DNA of 64,000 nt from Sedimentisphaerales bacterium (GCA_963708075.1 OY970194.1:1248001-1312000), one strand, 5' to 3'. Counted from the stretch's first letter, positions 20,261 to 30,159 are shown. Numbers and translations are program-made. The notes: generated from the sequence alone by a model not told the origin.

Positions 20261-21713
20261 TGCCGGGACGCCGCCTCGCAGCAGCCCGGCATTTACGCTC
20301 GATTATGCTGTGGAGCAAATCAGTGGTCTTCTCAAAGGCAACTATGGCCTCTCAAAACGAACGATAGCCCTGCTGCTGCTCCAGGATGATGCGCAGATAC
20401 ACCAGATCGTCAAAGCGCGAGATGCTCACGCGTATGACCAGATCGTGCAGACCATCGCTGCGACCCGACAAGGGTTCTGCGACCCGCTGGATTACATCAT
20501 TACGATGCGCCGCCAGCAGCGGGTCAACGAGCTTTTACAGGGGGTGATTGAGCCTGCCGGCACCGCTCGACGCAGTTTCGCTGAATCCCTGAGCCGACTT
20601 ACGATGCATCCGGTTACAGGGACCCTGATCCTCCTGCTGGTGCTCTATCTCGGATTGTACAAATTCGTCGGGCAGTTCGGAGCGGGCACTCTGGTTGACT
20701 TTCTGGAGAGCACCATTTTCGAGCAGCACATCAACCCATTCGTGACGAGAGTCGTCGAAGGGCTGATTCGCCGGCCCGTGCTCAGGGACCTGTTCGTGGG
20801 CGACTACGGCGTGCTGACGCTTGGTCTGCGATACGCCATGGCGATCATACTGCCGATTGTAACGGTCTTCTTCCTGGTGTTCTCCATCATCGAGGACACC
20901 GGCTACCTTCCGAGACTGGCGATGCTGATCGACCGGCTGTTCAAGAAGATCGGCCTGAGCGGCCGGGCGGTCATTCCGATGGTCCTGGGGTTGGGCTGTG
21001 ACACGATGGCGACGATGGTGACCCGGACCCTGCCGACCAAGCGCGAGCGCTTCATTGCCACGCTGTTGCTGGCGTTGGCGGTGCCGTGCTCGGCGCAGCT
21101 CGGCGTCATCATGGCCCTCCTTCACGACAGGCAGCTCGCGCTTGGCATCTGGGCCGGCGTGATCATCGGCGTGTTCCTGCTCGTCGGATATCTTGGCTCG
21201 AAGCTGTTACCGGGGAGCCGGCCGATATTCTACATGGAGATCCCGCCGCTACGGTTTCCAAAGCTGTCCAACGTATTCGTGAAAACGTACACAAGGGTGG
21301 TGTGGTATCTCAAAGAGATTGTCCCGATTTTCATCGTGGCCAGCGCACTGATCTGGATTGGACAGGTGACGCGGCTTTTCGATCTTTGCATCCGGTTGTT
21401 CAAGTATCCGGTCGGGCTGCTCGGACTTCCGCCGGATGCTGCCAATGTGTTCCTGCTGGGTTTCTTCAGAAGAGACTATGGTGCTGCGGGGCTGTACGAC
21501 CTGAATAAGTCGGGCTCGCTCACAGGCGTTCAGGTGGTTGTGGCGTGCGTCGCCCTTACGCTGTTTCTGCCCTGCATCGCCCAATTGCTGATGAACATCA
21601 AGGAAAGAGGTCTTCGAACGGGCCTGCTGATCTCCGGGATCACGCTGGTTTTTTCTTTCGTGGTGGCCTTTGTGGTGAACTTGATTTTGACTGCGACAGG
21701 GGTGGTATTGTGA
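20244..21713 (+). CDS. feoB: FeoB membrane domain (C-terminal half of split FeoB)
   Basis: EDTGYLPRLA, GLSGRAVIPMVLGLGC, AVPCSAQLG, FYMEIPP and LFLPCIA gate motifs. Confidence 0.92.
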   Translation: MSVNLDAGTPPRSSPAFTLDYAVEQISGLLKGNYGLSKRTIALLLLQDDAQIHQIVKARDAHAYDQIVQTIAATRQGFCDPLDYIITMRRQQRVNELLQGVIEPAGTARRSFAESLSRLTMHPVTGTLILLLVLYLGLYKFVGQFGAGTLVDFLESTIFEQHINPFVTRVVEGLIRRPVLRDLFVGDYGVLTLGLRYAMAIILPIVTVFFLVFSIIEDTGYLPRLAMLIDRLFKKIGLSGRAVIPMVLGLGCDTMATMVTRTLPTKRERFIATLLLALAVPCSAQLGVIMALLHDRQLALGIWAGVIIGVFLLVGYLGSKLLPGSRPIFYMEIPPLRFPKLSNVFVKTYTRVVWYLKEIVPIFIVASALIWIGQVTRLFDLCIRLFKYPVGLLGLPPDAANVFLLGFFRRDYGAAGLYDLNKSGSLTGVQVVVACVALTLFLPCIAQLLMNIKERGLRTGLLISGITLVFSFVVAFVVNLILTATGVVL

Positions 21714-21892
21714 AGTGCGCATTGTGTGGACACGAGTTCGATGAGCGGCAGGCTCAGAATGCCTGTGCCGGATGCGTCGTGGCAAAGGGATGCAAGCTGA
21801 TCCGCTGTCCCAATTGCGGATACGAGACTGCACCCACCCCCGAGTGGCTCAGGAAGATTGTCGACAGGAGAAAACATGATAACGCTCAGTGA
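21710..21892 (+). CDS. Small Cys-rich protein (60 aa) in the feo operon
   Basis: GTG start overlaps the feoB stop (GTGA). Reads MKCALCGHEF...CAGC....GC....CPNCGYE and overlaps the next gene's start. Confidence 0.75.
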   Translation: MKCALCGHEFDERQAQNACAGCVVAKGCKLIRCPNCGYETAPTPEWLRKIVDRRKHDNAQ

Positions 21893-22520
21893 GAGGGCTG
21901 AAGAAATCCTGGAAATACTCTGGCTGGAGACGGTGGAGAACCGTAAGACGCCCGATCTTTCGTTGTTCAGAGACGACACTGCCTTCAAGGAACTCCTCGA
22001 TCAGGGCTATGTTACGTCCGGTCCTGGCGGCGGGTTGACCAGCAAAGGGACAGAGGAGGGCAAACAGTGTGTGCGGAGGCATCGGCTCGGCGAGAGGCTG
22101 TTTGCGGATGTCATCCAAGTCAAGCCCGGGCTCGTTCACGAGGCCAGTTGCAGGCTTGAGCACATGCTGCACAAGGGAATTGAAGACAATATCTGCATTC
22201 TCCTTGGGCATCCGAAGACGTGCCCGCACGGCAAGCCAATTCCCGCCGGCACGTGCTGCAAAGACAGGAAGCACAGGTTCCACAGCGTCGTGATGGCGCT
22301 GTCGGAGATGAAGAAGGGCCAGAAGGGCAAGATCGCGTATGTCCACACCAGCGACAGGGAGATGTTGAGAAAGATCATGGCGATGGGCGCTTTGCCGGGC
22401 CTGGCCGTGACGCTGCTGCAACAGTTTCCGTCACCCGTCTTCCAGATTGGAGAGAGTCAGTTCGCCATCGACAGGGAGTTGGCCGACAGGATCCGTGTGT
22501 GGGTGAGAGATACGAACTGA
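21876..22520 (+). CDS. DtxR-family regulator fused to a C-terminal FeoA domain
   Basis: RRHRLGERL, CRLEH, LGHPKTCPHGKPIP, then FeoA/SH3-like ALSEMKKGQKG...MAMGALPG; AGGAG RBS. Confidence 0.88.
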   Translation: MITLSERAEEILEILWLETVENRKTPDLSLFRDDTAFKELLDQGYVTSGPGGGLTSKGTEEGKQCVRRHRLGERLFADVIQVKPGLVHEASCRLEHMLHKGIEDNICILLGHPKTCPHGKPIPAGTCCKDRKHRFHSVVMALSEMKKGQKGKIAYVHTSDREMLRKIMAMGALPGLAVTLLQQFPSPVFQIGESQFAIDRELADRIRVWVRDTN

Positions 22521-22576
22521 TTGAGCGCACCATCATGTTGCTGTGTGCTCCCTTGTTTTTTGAAAGGAGAGTGCAA

Positions 22577-23404
22577 ATGCGCGACAAGGTATTTGAGACA
22601 GCTACGCTGCTTTTGGTCCTGTATGGGAACGTCTCTGCCGGGGCTGAAGAGGTCAGGAAGATACAGGACAACTCCTTTTTGATCGAAGAGGCGTACAACC
22701 AGGAGGATGGGGTCGTGCAGCACATCCAGACTTTTCTGCTTACGGAAGGAGGGAGTTGGGCCTATTCGTTTACACAAGAATGGCCTGTGCCTACGCAGAA
22801 GCACCAGTTCTCCTATACCATTCCCTATCTGCGGGTCGATGACGCGGAGGATCCGACCGGCTTTGGATCTGTCCTTTTCAATTACCGCTATCAGGCTGTG
22901 CTGGAAGGGCCGATTGCATTCTCCCCACGCATCTCACTCATAACGCCCACCGGAGACCATGAGGAATGGCTGGGAGGCGATGCCTGGGGTATGCAGGGCA
23001 ACCTGCCCCTGAGCGTGGAGCTTGCGGACAGATGGGTTACGCACTGGAATCTCGGGGCTACTTTCTTAACGGATGCAAAGGGCCTCGATGGCTCGCGGGC
23101 CGACATAACCGGATTCAACTACGGGGTGGGTTTCATCTACATGGTGAACGACAATTTCAACTTGATGCTTGAACTCGCGGGGAACACAATCGAAACGGTT
23201 GGTGACGGAGGAAGAGTCGAGACGGAAGGCTTCTTCTTCATCAATCCGGGGGTGCGTTTTGCCATCGATTTCGAGTCAGGGCTCCAGATCGTTCCCGGCC
23301 TGAGCTTCCCCATCGGCGTTGGTCCATCAGAAGGAGACTTCGGCGTCTTCTGCTATCTGTCTTTCGAGCATCCTCTGTTCAAGCCGAAGCCATCATCTCG
23401 CTGA
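22577..23404 (+). CDS. Putative outer-membrane beta-barrel transporter (phenol MetA-pathway-like family)
   Basis: Signal peptide, IQDNSFLIEEAYNQE, alternating beta-strand pattern; GAAAGGAG RBS. Confidence 0.7.
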   Translation: MRDKVFETATLLLVLYGNVSAGAEEVRKIQDNSFLIEEAYNQEDGVVQHIQTFLLTEGGSWAYSFTQEWPVPTQKHQFSYTIPYLRVDDAEDPTGFGSVLFNYRYQAVLEGPIAFSPRISLITPTGDHEEWLGGDAWGMQGNLPLSVELADRWVTHWNLGATFLTDAKGLDGSRADITGFNYGVGFIYMVNDNFNLMLELAGNTIETVGDGGRVETEGFFFINPGVRFAIDFESGLQIVPGLSFPIGVGPSEGDFGVFCYLSFEHPLFKPKPSSR

Positions 23405-23436
23405 ATTCGGAAAGGGCTCCCTCCTCATTTGGTGTT

Positions 23437-23859
23437 TCAGCCCAAGCCCGAATGTTCGATGCGTCGCAGGGCACGGTAAAGGCGCGGGTGCCGGCGATAC
23501 CATCGTATTCGGGCTGTACCCTCGTACATCGTTGGAGTGAATAGCTTTGCAGAGGTCCGCACAGAACGCGGCAATCGACGGGTGCGTCGGGAGGTGGTTT
23601 CGGCAGGTTTCTCGGGGCTGTTGAAGGTCATGAGCAAGGCGCCGGCCGCCGCCCCGGTGGCGTAGCTCAGCGCCAGGAGCCAGTTGTTAGTACGGATGAA
23701 ATTCGACAGTACCCACAACCCCAAGAGATTTTCGAAAAACACAATAGTTACGAGAACGGTCTTCTCCCCGCGGGCGCACGCCAAGGTACGACGCAAGGCG
23801 AGATACCATTCGCCGCATCCGACTGTCAGGTAAAGGATCATCGCCGGGAGGAGGTTCAT
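23437..23859 (-). CDS. Small membrane protein (DUF5698/UPF0316-N-like)
   Basis: Three hydrophobic helices with R....RG, FE and YATG...G patterns; GGAGG RBS. Confidence 0.6.
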   Translation of the reverse strand: MNLLPAMILYLTVGCGEWYLALRRTLACARGEKTVLVTIVFFENLLGLWVLSNFIRTNNWLLALSYATGAAAGALLMTFNSPEKPAETTSRRTRRLPRSVRTSAKLFTPTMYEGTARIRWYRRHPRLYRALRRIEHSGLG

Positions 23860-24081
23860 AATCTTCCTCCTTCCCGATGGTCCACCGTGCCAGGATGTTC
23901 TGGTTCGTCCTCATACCTAAAGTATACCGTGCCGGCCTTTCCGTTGCAAGCACCGGCGAGCGATCTGCGCAGAATGTCATCTGGTTGTAAAGCATTGGCA
24001 CACCAGGAGTTAAGGTGCACTTGCACGGAAAGGTCCGGCCGCGATTGGGAATTTACTGACTCGCCTTTTCTATGGCCAATT

Positions 24082-25035
24082 TTACCGCAGGTCGGTCTCC
24101 TGTCTGAGCCATGCGACGAAGCTTGCCAGGCCGGTGCGGATGTCCGTTGCCGGGCTGTAGCCGAGGTCTCTTTGGGCCTTTGTTACGTCGGCAAACGTGC
24201 GGTCCACGTCGCCTGGCTGCAGCGGCAGATGAGTCTTCCGGGCCTTCTTGCCGAGCGCGATTTCGAGCTCGGCGATGAGATCGTTGACGCTGATCGGCCG
24301 GGATTCCCCAAGGTTGTAAATTTCGTAGCCGGTGCATCGGTTGATGGAGGCGACAACGCCGTTGATGATGTCATCGATATAGGTGAAGTCCCGCATCATC
24401 ATGCCGTCGCCGTAGACGGGGAGGGGTTTGCCCTCTTCAATGAGTCGGGCAAATTTATGGATTGCCAGGTCCGGCCGCTGGCGCGGGCCATAGACGGTGA
24501 AGAAACGCAGGCAGTTCATGGCAATACCGTGGAGGTGGTGGTACGTGTGGCAGATCAGCTCACCGGCCTTCTTCGTGGCGGCGTACGGCGATATGGGAAA
24601 ATCCACGTTGTCGTCCTCCGAGAACGGAACCTTCCTATTATTGCCATAGACACTCGAACTGGATGCAAAGATGAACTTGGGGATTTTGCGCTCGCGGGCG
24701 ATCTCCAGCAGGACGACGGTTCCGTTGATGTTGACATCCGTGTAGAGCACCGGCTCGGCGATGGAGGGTCTGACGCCGGCCCTGGCCGCCAGGTGCACGA
24801 TTGCATCGACGTCGCTTGCGATTGCTCTGCTCATGGCGACCCTGTCGCGGATGTCGGCCTCCACAAGCTCAAAACGCGGATTCGGCAGGCACGCGGCGAT
24901 GTTGCGGCGTTTGATGCGAGGGTCGTAGAACCCATCGAAGCTGTCTACGCCAACGACAGTCCAGCCGTCGTGCAGGAGACGCTCTGTCAAATGTGAGCCG
25001 ATGAAGCCCGCCGCTCCAGTGACTATCGCCTTCAT
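24082..25035 (-). CDS. NAD-dependent epimerase, UDP-glucuronate 4-epimerase-like
   Basis: TGAAGFIG, HLAARAGVRPS, ASSSSVYG, YAATK, RFFTVYGPRQRPD, QPGDV motifs. Confidence 0.92.
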   Translation of the reverse strand: MKAIVTGAAGFIGSHLTERLLHDGWTVVGVDSFDGFYDPRIKRRNIAACLPNPRFELVEADIRDRVAMSRAIASDVDAIVHLAARAGVRPSIAEPVLYTDVNINGTVVLLEIARERKIPKFIFASSSSVYGNNRKVPFSEDDNVDFPISPYAATKKAGELICHTYHHLHGIAMNCLRFFTVYGPRQRPDLAIHKFARLIEEGKPLPVYGDGMMMRDFTYIDDIINGVVASINRCTGYEIYNLGESRPISVNDLIAELEIALGKKARKTHLPLQPGDVDRTFADVTKAQRDLGYSPATDIRTGLASFVAWLRQETDLR

Positions 25036-25091
25036 GCCTTTGGATTCTCCTCTACCTCACCGCCAGAACTGTCCATGTTACGCTCGTATCG

Positions 25092-25958
25092 TCACAGGGT
25101 CTGGGCCAACCGCTTGATGTACTGGCGCAGGTCCTCCGCCATGTCGTCTCGCCGCAGCGCGAACTCGATATTCGTCCGGATGAATCCCTCCTTGTTGCCG
25201 ATGTCACATCGCCTGCCTTCCAGGCGCAGCCCATACACCGGCTGTTCCCGCACGAGGGCCCGCAGGGCCTCGGTGAGCTGGATCTCGCCGTCCTTGCTGG
25301 GCGCCGTCTGCTCGATGTGGCGGAAAATATCGGGAGTGAGCAGGTACCGACCGGAAATAGCAAGGTTAGATGGTGCGTTTTCCTGCTTCGGCTTCTCGAC
25401 GAAGTCGTTGATCCTGTAGACGCCGGGCTCAGTCTGGTACCCGTCGATAATCCCATAGAGCCCCACCTTCCTCGGCTCGACCTGCTCGAGCAGAATGACC
25501 GGCGCATGCACCCGCTCGTACAAGTCGACGAGTTGCCTGGACGCGGGCGTAACCGAGTCGATCAGGGTGTCCCCGAGCAGGACGACGAAGGGCTCGTTAT
25601 TGACGTGATGGCGGGCGTAGTAAACGGCGTCGCCCAAGCCCCTCATCTGCTTCTGCCACACGAAGTAGATATCCGCCAGGGTCGAGATGCGCCGCATGGC
25701 CTCCAGCTCCGCCGTCTTGCCGTGGGCCTGGAGCTGGCTCTCAAGCTGAAAACTGCGGTCGAAATGCTCTTCGATGGAGCGTTTGCCCGCGCCGATGATC
25801 ATGAGCAGGTCGGTGATGCCCGCCTGGACGGCCTCCTCCACGACATACTGGATCACAGGCGTGTCCACAATGGGCAACATCTCCTTCGGCTGCGACTTCG
25901 TCGCCGGAAGAAAGCGGGTGCCATACCCTGCGGCAGGAATGACGGCCTTGCGAATCAT
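25092..25958 (-). CDS. galU: UTP--glucose-1-phosphate uridylyltransferase
   Basis: KAVIPAAGYGTRFLPATK..PKEMLPIVD, GLGDAV, VEKP, GEIQLT. Confidence 0.92.
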   Translation of the reverse strand: MIRKAVIPAAGYGTRFLPATKSQPKEMLPIVDTPVIQYVVEEAVQAGITDLLMIIGAGKRSIEEHFDRSFQLESQLQAHGKTAELEAMRRISTLADIYFVWQKQMRGLGDAVYYARHHVNNEPFVVLLGDTLIDSVTPASRQLVDLYERVHAPVILLEQVEPRKVGLYGIIDGYQTEPGVYRINDFVEKPKQENAPSNLAISGRYLLTPDIFRHIEQTAPSKDGEIQLTEALRALVREQPVYGLRLEGRRCDIGNKEGFIRTNIEFALRRDDMAEDLRQYIKRLAQTL

Positions 25959-26974
25959 GAGTGCGCGTTTGCCTTTCCAGGGACAATTCTCGGCTTGATG
26001 ACCTTGATGTTGAGCTTGCGGAGCGTCTTGCGCAATTCCATGAACATACGCTCGTCCGCGTACGCTCCGACGATGGCCCCGCCGGAGCCGGTGAACGTGG
26101 CACTGGCGCCGGTGGAACGAGCGGCCTCGACCATCCGAATATTGTCGGTGGCGATTCGGTAGATCTGTGTTCGCTTGTCGAAGCCGGCATTGAGCAGACT
26201 GCCGATTCTGTCAAGGTGGCCGTCGAGCAAGCAGCGTTTGGCCTTATCGGTCAGGTCGGCCCAGAAACGCATCGCGTTGACGACTTTTCGCTCGCCCTGG
26301 TCGAAGCGGTGGCGAATATTGTTGTGGAACGTCTCTGTGGGCTCGCTCAGGTCGTCGCGATAGGCGATATAGAGCTTGGGCAGCAGCCTGGGATCGAGCG
26401 GCTCGTAGTAGCCGTATCCCTGCTTGTGCATGATCTCCTTGGCGAAATCCATGTACACCAGGCCTTCGTAGACCTGAATGACGCGATCCTGGAGTCCGGC
26501 AGGGATATGCAACTCCTCCGACTCGGCGGCCAGGACCAGGTTGGCCTGCACGTACTTCGGGATGCTGACCCCGTAAAAGGCCATGAGGGCCCGCAGACAC
26601 GCGGCGATGATCGCGCTGGAGCCGGCCAGGCCAACGCCGTGCGGAATGTCCGAGCTGTAGTGGATCGTGAAGTTCTTGTCGTGCAATTCGATCAGGTTTT
26701 CCTTGCAGTAGTCGTAGAACTTCTTGACGGTCGCCTTCAGCAGGCGAATGCCGCCATAGTAGCCGTGCAGCCGCACGTCCGTGACGAGGGCGTCAATGTC
26801 GTTGAAACAGGAGCGGTCCTTCTCGCTCGACAGAATCTCCAGCTCCGGTGTCTCGTACAGGATGACCTCCGCGCAGAAATTGTCGAAGACGAACGAAATG
26901 GTCTTGCCGAAATAGCCGTCCGAGGGGTTGCCCACGAGTCCCGCCCTCGGATAGGCCTTGGTCCGAATAATCAC
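25955..26974 (-). CDS. GHMP kinase, glucuronokinase-like
   Basis: RAGLVGNPSDGYFGKTIS, P-loop IPHGVGLAGSSA, AGLQDRVIQVYEGLVYMDF, FTGSGGA, all motifs shared with eukaryotic glucuronokinases. Confidence 0.8.
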   Translation of the reverse strand: MIIRTKAYPRAGLVGNPSDGYFGKTISFVFDNFCAEVILYETPELEILSSEKDRSCFNDIDALVTDVRLHGYYGGIRLLKATVKKFYDYCKENLIELHDKNFTIHYSSDIPHGVGLAGSSAIIAACLRALMAFYGVSIPKYVQANLVLAAESEELHIPAGLQDRVIQVYEGLVYMDFAKEIMHKQGYGYYEPLDPRLLPKLYIAYRDDLSEPTETFHNNIRHRFDQGERKVVNAMRFWADLTDKAKRCLLDGHLDRIGSLLNAGFDKRTQIYRIATDNIRMVEAARSTGASATFTGSGGAIVGAYADERMFMELRKTLRKLNIKVIKPRIVPGKANAHS

Positions 26975-27010
26975 ACCGTCTCCCCTAAAGCTGTGTGCAA
27001 CGTCCCCTTC

Positions 27011-27583
27011 CTATCCCTTCTTTTCACCGTGATTGGTTTCCGCTGGTTCGATCATGTCCATGCCGATTTCGACGCTTGCCGCCTGGCCCAGCATGTCGAT
27101 CTGCAGCACGAGCCGGGTATCGCCCCGGGTCTGCACGACGATCCCTTCCAAGCCCAGCAACGGTCCCGCGATGACACGGCACCACTGCCCGGTTTCGATG
27201 TACTTATGCGGCACCAGCGGCGCTCCGGCACGCAGGGCCTGCTCGAACCGCACCAGCTCACGGAGAAATGTCTCCTGGTTTTTGACTTCCAGGAGATTCG
27301 CCACGCGGTTGGTCTTCAGTAGTTCCACGCGTGCGGGCTCGTCGCCGCAGAAAAACAGGTAGCCCGTAAACAATGGCAGGAGGGATTTGATCGTTCGGTG
27401 GGTCTGGCGCCGCACCTTCCAGGTCATGGGCAGGAAGTAGCTGATGTTCTTGGCCATCAGGTCGTGAGCCAGGGCCTTTTCGTTCCTGCTGCGGGTGTGA
27501 GCGACCCACCATCGGCCCTGGAAAACCCGAATCGATTCCGTCTCCGGCCAAACAAGGGGCGGATTCTCATGTATCTTGAGCAA
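27011..27583 (-). CDS. NusG-paralog transcription antiterminator (UpxY/RfaH/LoaP-like)
   Basis: NGN domain WWVAHTRSRNEK...PLFTGYLF plus KOW motif GQWCRVIAGPLLGLEG; first gene of a nucleotide-sugar operon. Confidence 0.88.
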   Translation of the reverse strand: MLKIHENPPLVWPETESIRVFQGRWWVAHTRSRNEKALAHDLMAKNISYFLPMTWKVRRQTHRTIKSLLPLFTGYLFFCGDEPARVELLKTNRVANLLEVKNQETFLRELVRFEQALRAGAPLVPHKYIETGQWCRVIAGPLLGLEGIVVQTRGDTRLVLQIDMLGQAASVEIGMDMIEPAETNHGEKKG

Positions 27584-27849
27584 CTGCGTTCTCCGAACTT
27601 CTCACAACGCCGGGTTCAGTCGGGCAAAACCAACGCCCCCCATCGATTCCGGCGGTGCATCATCCTTAAACCATTCCGGCTTTCCAGCCGATTTACCGAC
27701 AGGGTGTTAGTGTATGTCTATCGACGGGAATTGTCAAAGCAAATAGGGATATCGCTGATGGACAAGGAAGACTCCGCTTGACCCTTGAAGTGAACGTCCT
27801 TACGATGGAAGAGGAATCGGCAACGGAGTAATCCTCCACAGGAGAGAAC

Positions 27850-28905
27850 ATGGGCAATTTGCAGGGCCATACAGCCGCACAAGGCAGCCGGGCTAAGGCC
27901 GCTGACCAAATGGCCGTGCTGTTTACCTGCATTGGCAGGCGAGTGTCGCTTCTGCGCAGCTTCCAGGACGCGGCGAAGAAGCTCAAGCAGAAGGTCTCCT
28001 TCTGCGGCACCGATACGAACCACCTGAGCCCTGCCTTGCAGCTCTGCGACAAGGCCTTTCTCGTTCAACCGATTACGCATGCCAGGTATATCGATCAGCT
28101 TCTGTCCATCGTCCGCAGGCACAAGGTCAAGTTGCTGGTCCCGACGGTGGATCTGGACCTGCGTTTGCTTGCCGACCACAAGCCGCAGTTCGAGCGTTTG
28201 GGTTGCCGCGTACTCGTCTCAGAGCCCGACGTGATCGACATCTGTCAGGACAAGAGACGGACGTTCGGGTTCCTTACGAAGCATGGCTTCGGTACGCCCG
28301 AGACGATGAGCGTCCGCATGGCTCTGGCGGCCGACCGTCGTGGGGAGCTTGCCTGGCCGTGCCTCCTGAAGCGATGGGATGGCTCTGCGGGCAAGGACAT
28401 CGCCGTTGTGAACAACAGGACCGAGATGCGGTTCTTCGCCCGCAGAATCCCCAATGCGATGTGCCAGGAACTCATCAAGGGGACGGAGTATACGTGCGAC
28501 GTGTACGTGGACTTCACCATGCGGGTCCGATGCGTTGTTCCCCGCCGGCGAATCGAGGTCCGCTCGGGCGAGGTGAGCAAGGGACAGGTCGTCAAGCACG
28601 GGGAGATCATGAGCCAGGCCAGGAGGCTGGCCGAGCTTCTGAAAGCCGGGCCGGGGGTAATCACGCTGCAACTGTTCGTCACGGAAAGCGGCCGGATTCG
28701 ATTCACGGAGATCAATCCCCGCTTCGGCGGCGGCGCACCACTGTCCATCCACGCCGGGGCCGATTTCCCCAAGTGGATCCTCCAGGAGTTGACCGGCGGC
28801 CGGCCTCGCATCGGGTTCGACGACTTCAAGGATGGCCTGATGATGCTGCGGTACGACGCCGAGGTCTGGCTTGAAGAGTCCCAGATCAAGGGCACGAGAG
28901 TCTGA
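27850..28905 (+). CDS. ATP-grasp domain protein (CarB-like short form, polysaccharide-locus type)
   Basis: GRRVSL, LLVPTVD, CQDK, EYTCD, EINPRFGGG. Confidence 0.85.
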   Translation: MGNLQGHTAAQGSRAKAADQMAVLFTCIGRRVSLLRSFQDAAKKLKQKVSFCGTDTNHLSPALQLCDKAFLVQPITHARYIDQLLSIVRRHKVKLLVPTVDLDLRLLADHKPQFERLGCRVLVSEPDVIDICQDKRRTFGFLTKHGFGTPETMSVRMALAADRRGELAWPCLLKRWDGSAGKDIAVVNNRTEMRFFARRIPNAMCQELIKGTEYTCDVYVDFTMRVRCVVPRRRIEVRSGEVSKGQVVKHGEIMSQARRLAELLKAGPGVITLQLFVTESGRIRFTEINPRFGGGAPLSIHAGADFPKWILQELTGGRPRIGFDDFKDGLMMLRYDAEVWLEESQIKGTRV

Positions 28906-30059
28906 TGTTCGATTCCCTTATAGGTGAAGAAAGGCCGCTGCGCTGGGTACTCCAGTTTTGGCCCGTACTTGCGACGGCGTTCGTCAGCTCGCTGGCGGCC
29001 ACGGCCCTGTGCAAGAAAGTCGCGATTCGATTCGGGATCGTGGACAGGCCGGACAATACCGTCAAGACGCACAGGGAGCCGATCGCATATCTTGGCGGGG
29101 TGGGCATGCTCATCGGTCTGACGGTCGGTGTCCTCGCCGGCGTTTACCTGTTGCGTACCGACGACGCGTTTCCACAGGAGCTTCGCTGGCTGCTGGGCGT
29201 GCTCGCCGGTGCGGCCATTGCGTGTTTCGTCGGCCTGGCGGATGACATTCTGGACCTTCGCCCGCGGCATAAGATGCTCGGCCAAGTGCTCGCGGCGGTT
29301 CTTCTGCTCCTGGTCGGCATCAACCCCAATCTTCAACAAATCGCCAAACCGCTCGGCCTGCCCATGCCGGCGCAGGTCGAGATCGTTCTCGACGTGTTGA
29401 TCGTCACTTTCTTTGTTCTCGGCGCAACGAATTCGTTGAACCTGCTTGACGGGCTGGACGGCCTCTGTGCCGGCGTGACAGGCATCATCACTGTCGCCAT
29501 GCTTCTGCTGGCCACGCATCTGGCCACGTGGGGATTCAGTGACTTCGGTGACCCCGTGCGGATTGTCATCTGCCTGGGCCTTGTCGGCGGCGTGTGCGGC
29601 TTCCTGCCATTCAATCGCCACCCGGCCAAGATCTTCATGGGCGACGCCGGCAGCATGCTCCTGGGCTTCGTCGTCGCCGGCCTGATGATCCTGTTTGCGG
29701 AGAAGGTGCCTCGCTGGTGGCTGGCGTCGGTAGTCGTTTTCGGCCTGCCGATCCTCGACACAGGCACGGCCGTCGTCCGGCGGCTCTTGAATCATCGCCC
29801 GGTCTTCCTCTCCGACCGCGGACACATCTACGACCAGATGATCGACCGGGGAATCCCCCTGAAGAGGACCGTCGCCATCTGCTATGGGCTGGCGGGGCTG
29901 TACGCCATGATCGGCCTGGCCATGAGCCAGATCCGCACCCGCTATGCGGCCGTCGTCTACATCCTTGTCTTCCTCATCTCTGCCCTGGCCGTCTGGCAGA
30001 AAGGCTACCTCCGGATGGAGGGCCTGCGAGGAGTCGTTCCTGAGAAAGCGACTCTGTAG
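28905..30059 (+). CDS. MraY/WecA family undecaprenyl-phosphate GlcNAc-1-phosphate transferase
   Basis: H..P..YLGG, GLADD, NSLNLLDGLDGL, FNRHPAKIFMGDAGS, SDRGHI. Confidence 0.9.
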   Translation: MFDSLIGEERPLRWVLQFWPVLATAFVSSLAATALCKKVAIRFGIVDRPDNTVKTHREPIAYLGGVGMLIGLTVGVLAGVYLLRTDDAFPQELRWLLGVLAGAAIACFVGLADDILDLRPRHKMLGQVLAAVLLLLVGINPNLQQIAKPLGLPMPAQVEIVLDVLIVTFFVLGATNSLNLLDGLDGLCAGVTGIITVAMLLLATHLATWGFSDFGDPVRIVICLGLVGGVCGFLPFNRHPAKIFMGDAGSMLLGFVVAGLMILFAEKVPRWWLASVVVFGLPILDTGTAVVRRLLNHRPVFLSDRGHIYDQMIDRGIPLKRTVAICYGLAGLYAMIGLAMSQIRTRYAAVVYILVFLISALAVWQKGYLRMEGLRGVVPEKATL

Positions 30060-30138
30060 GGTGTGCACCGCACACCGCTTCATAGTGAGGGCGTCCCACC
30101 CTTGTCTGCCGCTTATTGGTGTGCGATGCACACCCGAC
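30056..30138. repeat. REP-like inverted doublet (GTAG-tagged)
   Basis: GTAGGGTGTGCACCGCACACC (30056-30076) and inverted copy GGTGTGCGATGCACACCCGAC (30118-30138); each unit is itself a hairpin. Confidence 0.75.
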
Positions 30139-30159
30139 TGCCCCCAAACTGGGGGTAGC

